In this document: positions 9,260 to 19,052 of the stretch, one piece after another | How positions within the stretch are numbered: the stretch's first letter is position 1 | How the letters are laid out: the number at the start of each line of letters is the position of its first letter | Source: Candidatus Babeliales bacterium | GTDB taxonomy: Bacteria > Babelota > Babeliae > Babelales > JBFXEV01 | NCBI GenBank assembly: GCA_050179755.1 | Contig: JBFXEV010000001.1 | Coordinates: 457,994-521,993 of the forward strand | Reading direction: 5' to 3' | Length of the DNA: 64,000 nt | Translations under genes and position numbers: made by a program | Notes under the pieces: generated by a model | What the model saw: the letters and a program-made list of their open reading frames with translations, nothing else | What the model was told of the DNA's origin: nothing | The model's database searches: none

Positions 9260-10699
9260 ATGATACGTACACGTTATCCACTCTTAGTTCTTTTAAGCAT
9301 ATACACGCAAACTGCATACAGTATGGAGCCCCCAAAACCCCAAACTCTCGGTCAAAAATTGGTTACAAGAACGCTTGCTGCACGAGCGCTACTCGCTACA
9401 CAAAAACAGCAACAATTGCTGGAAACCAAAGAATTGTCGCCCAAAAAACCAAAAACGCAAACACTCTATGAGCATTTTAAAATTCAGGGCGTTGCGCAGA
9501 TGCCTAACGAATTAAGAAACGGGCTCATTGCACCAAGAGTAGTGGGTGAAGGCGAATGGTGGTACGTCTATAAAAAGCTCAAACAGTCTTCTTCTAATAG
9601 CGATATAGAAGCTGTGGGATTTATTGGAGGTGCTGATCTTGTTGCCGTTGTAACAGATAATTTTCAAGCCCTGAGGGATCTCCCTTGTAAAAGAACTTTT
9701 TCTCTCAGGCAATTCGACGACAAACAAGTTGATTATGAGTTTAAAAGCGCTGAAGCTGTAGGGCTCAATGGCACAAATCCAAAGTTTGCCATCTCTGAAG
9801 GAGCTGGCCAAATAATTGCATTAGATAAAAATAATGAAGCGCAAATACTTACACTTGCAGATCCACAACAAAAAATACACTCTATTACTCTCCATGAAAC
9901 CGAACCAATAATCAGCGTAGTTACAAAAAATGGTCAGGCTTCATTATGGGATTTTATCACAAAAAATGTGCTCATAACACTACGTGCATACAAAATAACA
10001 TGCAATGCAAAAAAAACATGCATTACTACTATTCCCAGATACGGCGCAAACAAAGCGTACATCTATAATTTTGCGGGTAACAAACTATTCTCTCTAAAAC
10101 ATAATGCTCAAGTAAATGATGTAGCGTTTAATCCCACGCAAAACATAGTAGCCACTGCATCAAGCGATGGAACTGTCTGTTTATGGAATTTTAGAGGCGA
10201 AAAACTACAAACGCTTCTCCATGCAAGTGCTGTCGCACAAGTAAAATTTCCTGTAGGGGATAATGCGCTTGCCACTAGATTGAACAATGGCCAAATTATT
10301 TGCTTATGGAACGGCGAAGGGCAAAAAGTACGTACATTGAGCCATACTAAATGTGTCAGAGACATAGCAATACATCCGCAGGCACCCCTTTTTGCGAGTG
10401 CGACGCGAGGTGCTGTTTTTATATGGCTTATCCACAAACCCACGCTTGAGCAAGTTTTATTGCGGCAAGTTCTTAAAAATTGGTTTATTGAGCATATCAT
10501 TAAAAATGATTGCGTAGGAGGATTACATTTTATCAATTTTGATTGTACATCAGAGGAAGTGCTGCCAAACTGGATCGCAGGAACATTCAATTTAGATCAA
10601 GAAGAGATCTCAGGTATTTGGCAAACGATGCCAACGGAATTACGAGTAGCAATCTTTAAGTTGATTAAAAGGCGAGTAAAAGATAGAAATGCATTATGA
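9260..10699 (+). CDS. Secreted WD40-repeat protein (tandem paralog 1)
   Basis: VNDVAFNP..VATASSDGTVCLWN repeats; signal AYS-ME; PTLEQVLLRQ tail. Confidence 0.9.
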   Translation: MIRTRYPLLVLLSIYTQTAYSMEPPKPQTLGQKLVTRTLAARALLATQKQQQLLETKELSPKKPKTQTLYEHFKIQGVAQMPNELRNGLIAPRVVGEGEWWYVYKKLKQSSSNSDIEAVGFIGGADLVAVVTDNFQALRDLPCKRTFSLRQFDDKQVDYEFKSAEAVGLNGTNPKFAISEGAGQIIALDKNNEAQILTLADPQQKIHSITLHETEPIISVVTKNGQASLWDFITKNVLITLRAYKITCNAKKTCITTIPRYGANKAYIYNFAGNKLFSLKHNAQVNDVAFNPTQNIVATASSDGTVCLWNFRGEKLQTLLHASAVAQVKFPVGDNALATRLNNGQIICLWNGEGQKVRTLSHTKCVRDIAIHPQAPLFASATRGAVFIWLIHKPTLEQVLLRQVLKNWFIEHIIKNDCVGGLHFINFDCTSEEVLPNWIAGTFNLDQEEISGIWQTMPTELRVAIFKLIKRRVKDRNAL

Positions 10700-10791
10700 T
10701 TAAACAACTTGCATCACACAAGCTCTTGATCCACCGCCCTTATTAGTATTAAACTAGAAGCAACAAAAAAATAATACCTAAGGTAGATCAT

Positions 10792-12243
10792 GTGTTTAAA
10801 AAATACTCTCAGCTTAGCTTTTTAATCATCTTCTTGTCTACGCAATTAACTTATAACATGGATCAGGCACCACTCAACAAACCGCAAACGCTTGGCCAAA
10901 AACTCACAGCACTAACGCTTAGTGCACGTGAATGCAAGCGACAGCAAGCAGCATTAGCAGCACAGCAGCCAAAAACACTCTATGAGTATTTTGGCATGAC
11001 ACAGCTTGCAAGCGCCTCACGCGATGTAAAAGCACTCGTTGCAAAAGCACTTATTGGGAATGGTGGTTGGTGGTGGTTAAAACGACAAAGAATATATGAT
11101 GATCTTTCGGGGAAAATAGCATTCAGTGCAGACGGCAGACTATTTGCAATAGTTCACTACAACGTTGTAGATATATGCAATCTAACTTGCAACGAATCTG
11201 ACATTATATACTTAACTCATAAAGAGCCCGTTACTGCATTTGCATTTCACCCAACCAGCAGATCAATAGCTACAATAGAATCAAACATATGCACTATGTG
11301 GCATTGTACAGGCAAATTAATAAGTACGTTTAATACTGCCTGGCAGCATTCTTCACATATAGCATTTCATCCTACAAAAAATATAATCGCCATTGCAACG
11401 GCTTGCACCGTTTATTTATATGACTATACAGGTAAACGAATGCGAAAGATAAAACATACTACTTATGTTCAAGGAATTGATTTTAATGAAGATGGCGTCC
11501 TTGGCACTACGCCATGGGTTGGAGAGTCTCGTTTATGGAACGATGAGGGCAAACAAATACAAGCGTTGCCACATCGCGGGTTTAATAGTGCAATTGCATT
11601 ACACCCTAATAACAACATAATTGCCACAGCAGAATTAAACAGGGTACTTCTCTGGAATATGCAAGGAGAACAAACATGCACGTTGTTGCATAATGGTCGC
11701 ATTAACCGCGTTAAATTTAATAGTCAAAAAATGCACGTAGGAACCGCGTCATCAGATAAAACTGCTTGTTTATGGAATTTTCGTGGTACAAAGTTAAGAA
11801 CTTTTTATCATCTTAATCCGGTGCGTGGTATAGCGTTTCATCCTTGCGGCACGCTATTTGCAACTGCTGCGACAAAAAATACTGTATGCCTGTGGCAACA
11901 ACACGAACAACCCACATTAGAGCAAGTTTTATTACGGCAATTAATTAAAAACTGGGTGCTAACTTGCATTGCACAAAGAAAAAAGCCTCATTTTCCTTGC
12001 ACAAGCGCAGCAGAAGTGCCAACATGGATGGCTGTTCAATTTAATATACAAAAAGACGAATTAGAGCGCATATGGCAATCAATGAACGAGAGACTACAAA
12101 ACGCGATTGCTTATACGCTGAAAGGGCGCGCGCACCAGATTAGCGCATTATGCAAGCTGTATGAAGACCAAGACACAAAGCGTCAAATCATGAAACCATA
12201 TAACCCTACAGAACCAGTTCCTTTAGAAACGCTTGATTTATAA
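10792..12243 (+). CDS. Secreted WD40-repeat protein (tandem paralog 2)
   Basis: AFHP, TASSDKTACLWN repeats; shared QTLGQKL and PTLEQVLLRQ blocks. Confidence 0.9.
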   Translation: MFKKYSQLSFLIIFLSTQLTYNMDQAPLNKPQTLGQKLTALTLSARECKRQQAALAAQQPKTLYEYFGMTQLASASRDVKALVAKALIGNGGWWWLKRQRIYDDLSGKIAFSADGRLFAIVHYNVVDICNLTCNESDIIYLTHKEPVTAFAFHPTSRSIATIESNICTMWHCTGKLISTFNTAWQHSSHIAFHPTKNIIAIATACTVYLYDYTGKRMRKIKHTTYVQGIDFNEDGVLGTTPWVGESRLWNDEGKQIQALPHRGFNSAIALHPNNNIIATAELNRVLLWNMQGEQTCTLLHNGRINRVKFNSQKMHVGTASSDKTACLWNFRGTKLRTFYHLNPVRGIAFHPCGTLFATAATKNTVCLWQQHEQPTLEQVLLRQLIKNWVLTCIAQRKKPHFPCTSAAEVPTWMAVQFNIQKDELERIWQSMNERLQNAIAYTLKGRAHQISALCKLYEDQDTKRQIMKPYNPTEPVPLETLDL

Positions 12244-12345
12244 CAGCCTAACTAAACTCAAACAAAAATATCTATTGCTCTCACTATCTCTTTGCTATTA
12301 AACTAAGAGTAGTCTCCATAAAAATTGATCTATGATATGGTAACA

Positions 12346-13656
12346 ATGCTAAAAAAATATCAATTTCCAATTTTTTTATTGTACCTTCTATATGCTCCCA
12401 TACTATTTTCAATGGATGTAACTAATTTGGCAATAGCTAAATCTGCCACTAACCCACAAACACTCTATGAATTTTTTGGCATACCACCCACCTTCCCACG
12501 CGACTTGCAACCATTGCTTACAAAAGAAATAATTGGCGAAGGTGGCTGGTGGTATAAGGTTAAAAAATTGAAAATACCTTGCGATGAGAGCGTATGTTCT
12601 GTGCGCTTTTTTGCCGATTATGGGCTGGCCGTATTAACCAATAATCCGGTTAATTTCGAACGCAAAAGATATATTGCTTCCCTATCGCAATTAGACGCTA
12701 CACAAGTTGAGGAATCTGACAAATTTATGGCCGTAGAAGCAATGGATTGTAATTCACAGATTCCAAAAGTAGTTCTTGCTGATGGTGAAGGTAACGTAAT
12801 TGCATTGGATGAACAGTATCAGCCGCATATATTTATAGATGACATAAGAGAACGAGTCACGTCAATTGCGCTACATCCCGTTTTGCCGATAATTAGTATG
12901 GTAGCAGGGCAAAACCGCGCATCATTATGGGATTTCACGGCAAAAAAATTACTCATTACGCTCAATGCCAAAAAAATAACATGTGATTCAGAGCGCACCT
13001 GCATTGGTACATTACAAGGCACTAAAAAAGCATATTTACATAACTTTAACGGCGACAAAGTTGTTTCATTAAAACATGCTGATCATGTGCATGATCTAAC
13101 ATTCCACCCAACGCAAAGAATGGTTGCAACTGCCTCACAAGACAACACAGCTTGTTTGTGGAATTTTAAAGGTGAAAAGTTACATACACTTACGCACCCT
13201 TGGCATGTCTACCAAGCAAAATTTAATCATATAGGCACACTACTTGCCACCAGAGCAGATTCTTCTATCTATTTATGGAATTGCGAAGGCCAAAAACTAC
13301 GCACACTCAGCCATGCGCTACCTGTCTTAGATATAACATTGCATCAACAATTTGCACTCATTGCAAGTGTAACCAGAAAAAAACGTGTACATCTCTGGGC
13401 ATGGCATACCGATCCAACACTGCAGCAAGTTTTACTGCGGCAAGTTCTTAAAAATTGGCTACATTCGTTTATAGGTCGTTCTACATTCATTGATTTTAAA
13501 TGTACGTCAGAAGCGGGCATGCCACAATGGATGGCTACAGAATTTAATTTACAAGAAAAAGAACTGCAAGAGACTTGGCAATCAATGCCGCCAGAACTCT
13601 CGGCTGCAATATTTACTACCATTGCAAAGCGCATAGCTTATAGAAACCTGCTCTAA
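12346..13656 (+). CDS. Secreted WD40-repeat protein (tandem paralog 3)
   Basis: ATASQDNTACLWN; signal LFS-MD; closest to paralog 1. Confidence 0.9.
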   Translation: MLKKYQFPIFLLYLLYAPILFSMDVTNLAIAKSATNPQTLYEFFGIPPTFPRDLQPLLTKEIIGEGGWWYKVKKLKIPCDESVCSVRFFADYGLAVLTNNPVNFERKRYIASLSQLDATQVEESDKFMAVEAMDCNSQIPKVVLADGEGNVIALDEQYQPHIFIDDIRERVTSIALHPVLPIISMVAGQNRASLWDFTAKKLLITLNAKKITCDSERTCIGTLQGTKKAYLHNFNGDKVVSLKHADHVHDLTFHPTQRMVATASQDNTACLWNFKGEKLHTLTHPWHVYQAKFNHIGTLLATRADSSIYLWNCEGQKLRTLSHALPVLDITLHQQFALIASVTRKKRVHLWAWHTDPTLQQVLLRQVLKNWLHSFIGRSTFIDFKCTSEAGMPQWMATEFNLQEKELQETWQSMPPELSAAIFTTIAKRIAYRNLL

Positions 13657-13731
13657 ATATCTATTGCCCAAAACAGTATATTCATATTAAACTAGAAGCA
13701 ACAAAAAAACATATTAACTAAGGTAGATCAT

Positions 13732-15288
13732 ATGCTTAAAAAATACACTCAACTTAGCTTTTTAATCATTTTATTGTCTACACAATGTATTTATAGCATG
13801 GATCATGCAGCAACAGCTCCTGCCTCATCACAAACACTTGGTCAAAAACTCACTGCAATAACGCATGCTGCTCGAGCATCAAAAAGAACTCTCTGTGAAT
13901 CTGCCGGCATATCACAAAGGGAACGTACCCCCAATGAAAAGTCAGCACTAGCTCAAGCATTACTTGGCAAAAAACGTTGGTGGTACGAAACAACACGATT
14001 AGAGCACAGCGATTCTCCGCGCAAAATTAATTTTAATGCCTCAGGCACACGCATTGCGGCAGTAATAGACATCTCTGGCGATGATACAGACGATGAAACA
14101 CCTTCACCTCTTTGTGCATATCAGGGTTTGTCCTGGAACTTGGAAACAGAACAATTCAAACGAACTCAACCTCTGCAAGCAATGGGCCTTAACTCATCAG
14201 ATTTGCAGCAGGCAAACGCTCACGTGGTTATTGTAGATGATACTAACATATGCGTATTTGATAATGAGGGCATACTCTCTGCTGTAATGCCGCTTGTATA
14301 TGACAGTACAATCCATATAGTTGATCCGGATGAAACTATTGTGTTAAAGAATGAATGTCATAAAAAAGTCTGTGATGTTACCTTATATCCAAAACAACAC
14401 CTAGTAAGCCTAACCTTAAAAAAGGTAGGTGCTAGTTTATGGGATTATGCAAGCGGTAAAATGATCTTACATTTGCCCGGCGCGCATAAAATAGCATGTG
14501 ACCCCAAAGGCACTCTTATTGCAAGCATAGAAGATAATGCAAATCGCACGCGTGCAGCATATATACGCGATTACAATGGCACACTGCTGCATGCATTACA
14601 ACAATCTCCCGTGCATGGTGTAGATCGTAACGTATGGGACGTAGCTTTTAACCCTCACCAAAATATGATAGCCACTGCATATTCTGAGGGCGCGTATTTA
14701 TGGAATTATAAGGGTGAATTATTACGCACGTTAGTGCATTCAGCAGAGCCTCTTACGCACGTACTGTATGTAACCTTTAACCCCCAAGGTACCTTGTTAT
14801 GCACCTCAGCCGCGGATGGAACTGTGTGCTTATGGCACTGCCACCTAGGCGATAAATTGCATACGTTCTATAACGATTTAAGTCTCTGTGCTCCAGCATT
14901 TGCCCCGCAAGGGCATACGATCGCCACTGTATCTGGTGCCTATGTGCGTTTATGGCAACAATATGAACAACCCACGCTTGAGCAAGTTTTACTCTATAAA
15001 GTAATTCAACAATGGCTAATATCAGATCAAGCTGAAAAAGAGGCTACAAAATTACAACAAAATCCAGATATAGATCTACCAGCATGGCTTGCCGCTCATT
15101 GCAATTTGCATGAACATGAAGTGCGCCGCACATGGCACACACTGCCTGATAAAGTGCGTAAATCTCTTTTTATGACCATAACTGATCTGGCTGGATTTGG
15201 AAAAAAAAGTATGTATCAAGAAGTTAAGGACGCTGAAACGAGGAAGTGGCTAGAGTTCCTTTTTAAAATAGATGCGGATGATGATTAA
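13732..15288 (+). CDS. Secreted WD40-repeat protein (tandem paralog 4)
   Basis: VAFNP, TSAADGTVCLW; signal peptide nearly identical to paralog 2. Confidence 0.9.
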   Translation: MLKKYTQLSFLIILLSTQCIYSMDHAATAPASSQTLGQKLTAITHAARASKRTLCESAGISQRERTPNEKSALAQALLGKKRWWYETTRLEHSDSPRKINFNASGTRIAAVIDISGDDTDDETPSPLCAYQGLSWNLETEQFKRTQPLQAMGLNSSDLQQANAHVVIVDDTNICVFDNEGILSAVMPLVYDSTIHIVDPDETIVLKNECHKKVCDVTLYPKQHLVSLTLKKVGASLWDYASGKMILHLPGAHKIACDPKGTLIASIEDNANRTRAAYIRDYNGTLLHALQQSPVHGVDRNVWDVAFNPHQNMIATAYSEGAYLWNYKGELLRTLVHSAEPLTHVLYVTFNPQGTLLCTSAADGTVCLWHCHLGDKLHTFYNDLSLCAPAFAPQGHTIATVSGAYVRLWQQYEQPTLEQVLLYKVIQQWLISDQAEKEATKLQQNPDIDLPAWLAAHCNLHEHEVRRTWHTLPDKVRKSLFMTITDLAGFGKKSMYQEVKDAETRKWLEFLFKIDADDD

Positions 15289-15417
15289 AACAAAGCTCTT
15301 GATCCTTAAACCCTGTTGGTATTACACTCTATATTAGTAGTAAAATTATATTTTTTAAAAATTCAACGAGCACAATTTTAGCGCATTTTATGCGCGTTAA
15401 AAAATTGTTTACCTATT

Positions 15418-17979
15418 ATGAACAACGAACAATTTACCAATTCAGCGCAAGAGCTGATCCAGCAAAGCGCAAGCCTTGCACAGCAACTTAATAATCCCAC
15501 CATTCAACCACTCCACACATTGGCAGTAGGGCTTGAAAATTCATTTTGCAAACCGTTCTTTGCCATGCTCAATATCCCACTCGATCAATTGGGCGATTTA
15601 GTATCAGACGAGTTATATAAGTTACCGCAAGTCAAAGGTGGCAAAGTAGGCATGGATTATGCCATGCAAGATTTTTTGACTGAGCTTAAAAAAGAAGCTG
15701 ATCAGCTGGGTGATGCGTATATCAGTTTGGAGCACTTTTTACTCGGGTGGGCGCAGACAAATCATCTGCCTGCAAGCATTAGAAAGTTCTTTAAAGATCA
15801 CAGCTTTACCAAAAATAAAATTGTTTCTTACATGCAAACGCTGCGTAAAGGCAAAACGGTGCAAGATAAATCAGCAGAGCAACAATATGAGGTACTCAAA
15901 AAATATTGCCAAAATATCACGCAACTTGCACGTGAAGGCAAATTAGACCCTGTTATTGGGCGGCATGAAGAAATTCGTAGAGTAATACAAATTTTATCAC
16001 GCAGAACCAAAAACAATCCCGTGCTTATTGGTCAGCCAGGCGTTGGGAAAACTGCCATTGTAGAAGGCATTGCGCAGCGCATTGTAAATAATGACGTGCC
16101 CGAAGGTTTGCAAAATAAAGAAATTTACGCACTTGATTTAGGCCTATTAATTGCTGGCACCAAATATCAAGGTGAATTTGAAGAACGCTTAAAAGGTATT
16201 TTAAAAGCTGTAGAAGAAGATCCTGATCATATTATTTTATTTATTGATGAACTCCACATGCTCATTGGCGCAGGCGCCTCTGGCTCTGGCGGCATGGATG
16301 CAAGCAATTTACTCAAACCAGCACTTGCGCGTGGCACGCTCCATTGCATTGGCGCAACCACACTGGCCGAATACAAAAAATATATAGAAAAAGATGCAGC
16401 CCTTGAGCGCAGATTCCAAAAAGTGCTTGTTGAAGAACCCACCGAAGATGATGCTATTTCCATTTTACGTGGGCTTAAAGAGCGCTATGAATTGCACCAC
16501 GGTATCCGCATTAAAGACCAAGCAATTATTGACGCAGTGCGATTATCTCACAAATATATTCCTGATCGCTTTTTACCTGATAAAGCAATTGATTTAATTG
16601 ATGAAGCAGCTGCTATGGTCAAAATGTCAATTGACTCGTATCCGCCCGAAATTGATCAACTTGACCGCAAAATCCGCCAACTTGAAATTGAAAAAGTTGC
16701 ACTTTCAAAAGAAAAAAATGGTCAAGCCAAAACGCGCCTTGAAGCGCTTGAAAAAGAACTTGCCGATCTTAAAGAAAAACATGCAAACTTGCTCAATCAA
16801 TGGAAGTCAGAGAAAGCACCGCTTGAAAATATTAATAAACTTAAAGAACAAATTGAACAAGCTAATAATGAGTTTGCACGTGCCGAGCGCCAAGGCGATT
16901 ATGCAAAAGCTTCTGAAATTAAATATGGCAAATTGGTCGATTTAGAAAACAAGTTGGCAACCGAGCAAAAAAAGCTTGGCAAACTAGAAATGCAACTCAT
17001 TAAAGAAGAAGTTGACGAGCGTGATATTGCAAAAGTACTTGCCCGCTGGACAGGCATTCCTGCAGAAAAATTGCAAAGCGATGAAACCAAAAAATTGCTC
17101 ACTATGGATACAACACTTAAAGAACGCGTGATTGGCCAAGATGAGGCAATTGATGCTATAACGCACGCAATTCAAATGCACCGCACCGGGCTTACCGACC
17201 CTAATCGCCCTATTGGTTCATTTTTATTTTTAGGACCAACCGGTGTTGGTAAAACTGAAGTTGCAAAAGCTTTGGCAGGTTTTTTGTTTAATGATGATAA
17301 ACGGCTCATTCGCATTGATATGTCTGAATATATGGAAAAACACTCAGTCGCTCGTTTAATCGGCGCGCCTCCAGGATATGTGGGGTATGAAGAAGGTGGG
17401 CAATTGACCGAGCAAGTGCGCAGACACCCCTATTCTGTGGTTTTGTTTGATGAAATTGAAAAAGCACATCCTGACGTGTTTAACATCTTTTTGCAAATTC
17501 TTGATGAAGGCCATTTAACCGATAGCCAAGGAAGAACCGTTTCGTTTAAAAATTGCATTATTATTATGACCTCTAATATCGGTTCAGATATTATTCTTAA
17601 AGCAGATAAAATTGATGATAAAGTAAAGAATCAAATCGAGAAATTGCTCCAAGCGCATTTTAGACCAGAGTTTTTAAATCGCATTGATGCCATTTGCTTC
17701 TTTACACGTTTATCTGAAAAAGATGTAGAAGAGATTGCTGAGCTACAATTGAATGAACTAAAGAAACGCCTTGCGTTACAAGATGTAGATCTTACCTACG
17801 ATGCTAAAGTGATCAAAAAAGTTGCAGAGGTTGGCTATGTGCCAGAATTTGGCGCCCGTCCGCTCAAGCGCGCAGTGCAGCAGTATGTGATGGTGCCGCT
17901 TTCACAGTATTTGCTCAAGAATCCGGGGACTAAGAAAGTGGTTTTGAGTGTTAAAGGTGGTGAGATTACAATAGCCTAA
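15418..17979 (+). CDS. clpB: ClpB disaggregase
   Basis: Clp N domain, NBD1 (GQPGVGKT, IDELH), long coiled-coil middle domain, NBD2 (GPTGVGKTE, GYVGYEEGG, GARPLKR). Confidence 0.96.
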   Translation: MNNEQFTNSAQELIQQSASLAQQLNNPTIQPLHTLAVGLENSFCKPFFAMLNIPLDQLGDLVSDELYKLPQVKGGKVGMDYAMQDFLTELKKEADQLGDAYISLEHFLLGWAQTNHLPASIRKFFKDHSFTKNKIVSYMQTLRKGKTVQDKSAEQQYEVLKKYCQNITQLAREGKLDPVIGRHEEIRRVIQILSRRTKNNPVLIGQPGVGKTAIVEGIAQRIVNNDVPEGLQNKEIYALDLGLLIAGTKYQGEFEERLKGILKAVEEDPDHIILFIDELHMLIGAGASGSGGMDASNLLKPALARGTLHCIGATTLAEYKKYIEKDAALERRFQKVLVEEPTEDDAISILRGLKERYELHHGIRIKDQAIIDAVRLSHKYIPDRFLPDKAIDLIDEAAAMVKMSIDSYPPEIDQLDRKIRQLEIEKVALSKEKNGQAKTRLEALEKELADLKEKHANLLNQWKSEKAPLENINKLKEQIEQANNEFARAERQGDYAKASEIKYGKLVDLENKLATEQKKLGKLEMQLIKEEVDERDIAKVLARWTGIPAEKLQSDETKKLLTMDTTLKERVIGQDEAIDAITHAIQMHRTGLTDPNRPIGSFLFLGPTGVGKTEVAKALAGFLFNDDKRLIRIDMSEYMEKHSVARLIGAPPGYVGYEEGGQLTEQVRRHPYSVVLFDEIEKAHPDVFNIFLQILDEGHLTDSQGRTVSFKNCIIIMTSNIGSDIILKADKIDDKVKNQIEKLLQAHFRPEFLNRIDAICFFTRLSEKDVEEIAELQLNELKKRLALQDVDLTYDAKVIKKVAEVGYVPEFGARPLKRAVQQYVMVPLSQYLLKNPGTKKVVLSVKGGEITIA

Positions 17980-18057
17980 TATTAACGTTCTTTATCAGAA
18001 TAATAAATGGATTCAAAGTAGAAATTTGCTTGATTATATTCCAATTGTTTTTCCCTA

Positions 18058-18422
18058 GTGCCACTCCGCGTGGCAGCGCATGCTTTTTTTTGTGCAAAAA
18101 AAGGACGCAAAAAAGCACCAGCGTTCCGCTGGACCATTCCGCTTAATCGTTGAGCGCTATGCCTCACGTCGTTTCACGACGAGGCATGCATGCAGCGCGC
18201 ATAAGAACTACTAATAAAATTAGTTTTGTGAGCCAGTTGATATCCATCCACCCACACAGCAGGATGCATAGAAACAAATAAACATGGGCGGCACGAATTA
18301 ACCCAATTGAATTAATAATCTACTTGATAAGGTATGGGGTTGTTAGGGATAGCATGCCCTAACTGATTTTTGCACCCTTTTTGTCACCAAAAAGGCGTGT
18401 GCCTGCCGCGGCATGAGCGGCT
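18058..18422. mobile_element. Non-coding MITE-like element with imperfect structured terminal inverted repeats
   Basis: Left end TGCCACTCCGCGTGGCA..TTTTTTTTGTGCAAAAAAAGGACGCAAAAAAGC mirrors right end TTTTTGCACCCTTTTTGTCACCAAAAAGG..TGCCGCGGCATGAGCGGC. Internal hairpins, e.g. ATGCCTCACGTCGTTTCACGACGAGGCAT. Confidence 0.55.
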
Positions 18423-18518
18423 ACAGTAATTATCATTGCCAAAGATACAAACTTTTTCTACAATGATTTGAAACGAAGACCAACCGCAACCGGAAGCAAG
18501 TGTAAAAAGGAGAATCAC

Positions 18519-19052
18519 ATGTTCAAACACGTAATACTTTTAACGAGTTTAATATCATGCATGCAATCACATGCCTGGGATTTTGCTAGCAATTCAAATC
18601 ATCAACCAAAAATAAATCGTTTTCAATGTAGCTCGGTCGATCATTACAAAACCACATTGCAAGAACAGATACGTAACAAAGATTGGCAAGCAGTGCTGCA
18701 GACAGAAAAGAACATGTGGGCATTTTTAGAAGATGAATCAAACAAACGAGGCCAAGCATTCTTGAATGAAGACACATATCACTTAAGAAATATTTTTTAT
18801 GGCGTGCTCACTTTTGCAGCACTCATAATTACGCCACGCACTCCAAGGCTACTTATAGGAACACCTGCGATTTCGCTGTCACTCTATAATGCCGTAAAAG
18901 GCATCACGGTAACTCCTGAAAACGTATATGCCGCAGAAAAGAAATGGCTTGCAAAAACCATGCATGGCATCGACCCACAGCTTCATGAATTTTTGCATCA
19001 CAATACTACTATAAGTGGTGAACATGTAACGCAAAAACATGGCGAGGATTAG
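18519..19052 (+). CDS. Secreted/membrane hypothetical protein
   Basis: AAGGAG RBS before MFKHVILL; signal SHA-WD; hydrophobic hairpin. Confidence 0.75.
   Translation: MFKHVILLTSLISCMQSHAWDFASNSNHQPKINRFQCSSVDHYKTTLQEQIRNKDWQAVLQTEKNMWAFLEDESNKRGQAFLNEDTYHLRNIFYGVLTFAALIITPRTPRLLIGTPAISLSLYNAVKGITVTPENVYAAEKKWLAKTMHGIDPQLHEFLHHNTTISGEHVTQKHGED

Noticed and set aside
15378..15400. CIRCE operator upstream of clpB
   Set aside because: TTAGCGCATTTTATGCGCGTTAA is palindromic but does not fit TTAGCACTC-N9-GAGTGCTAA in sequence or spacing.
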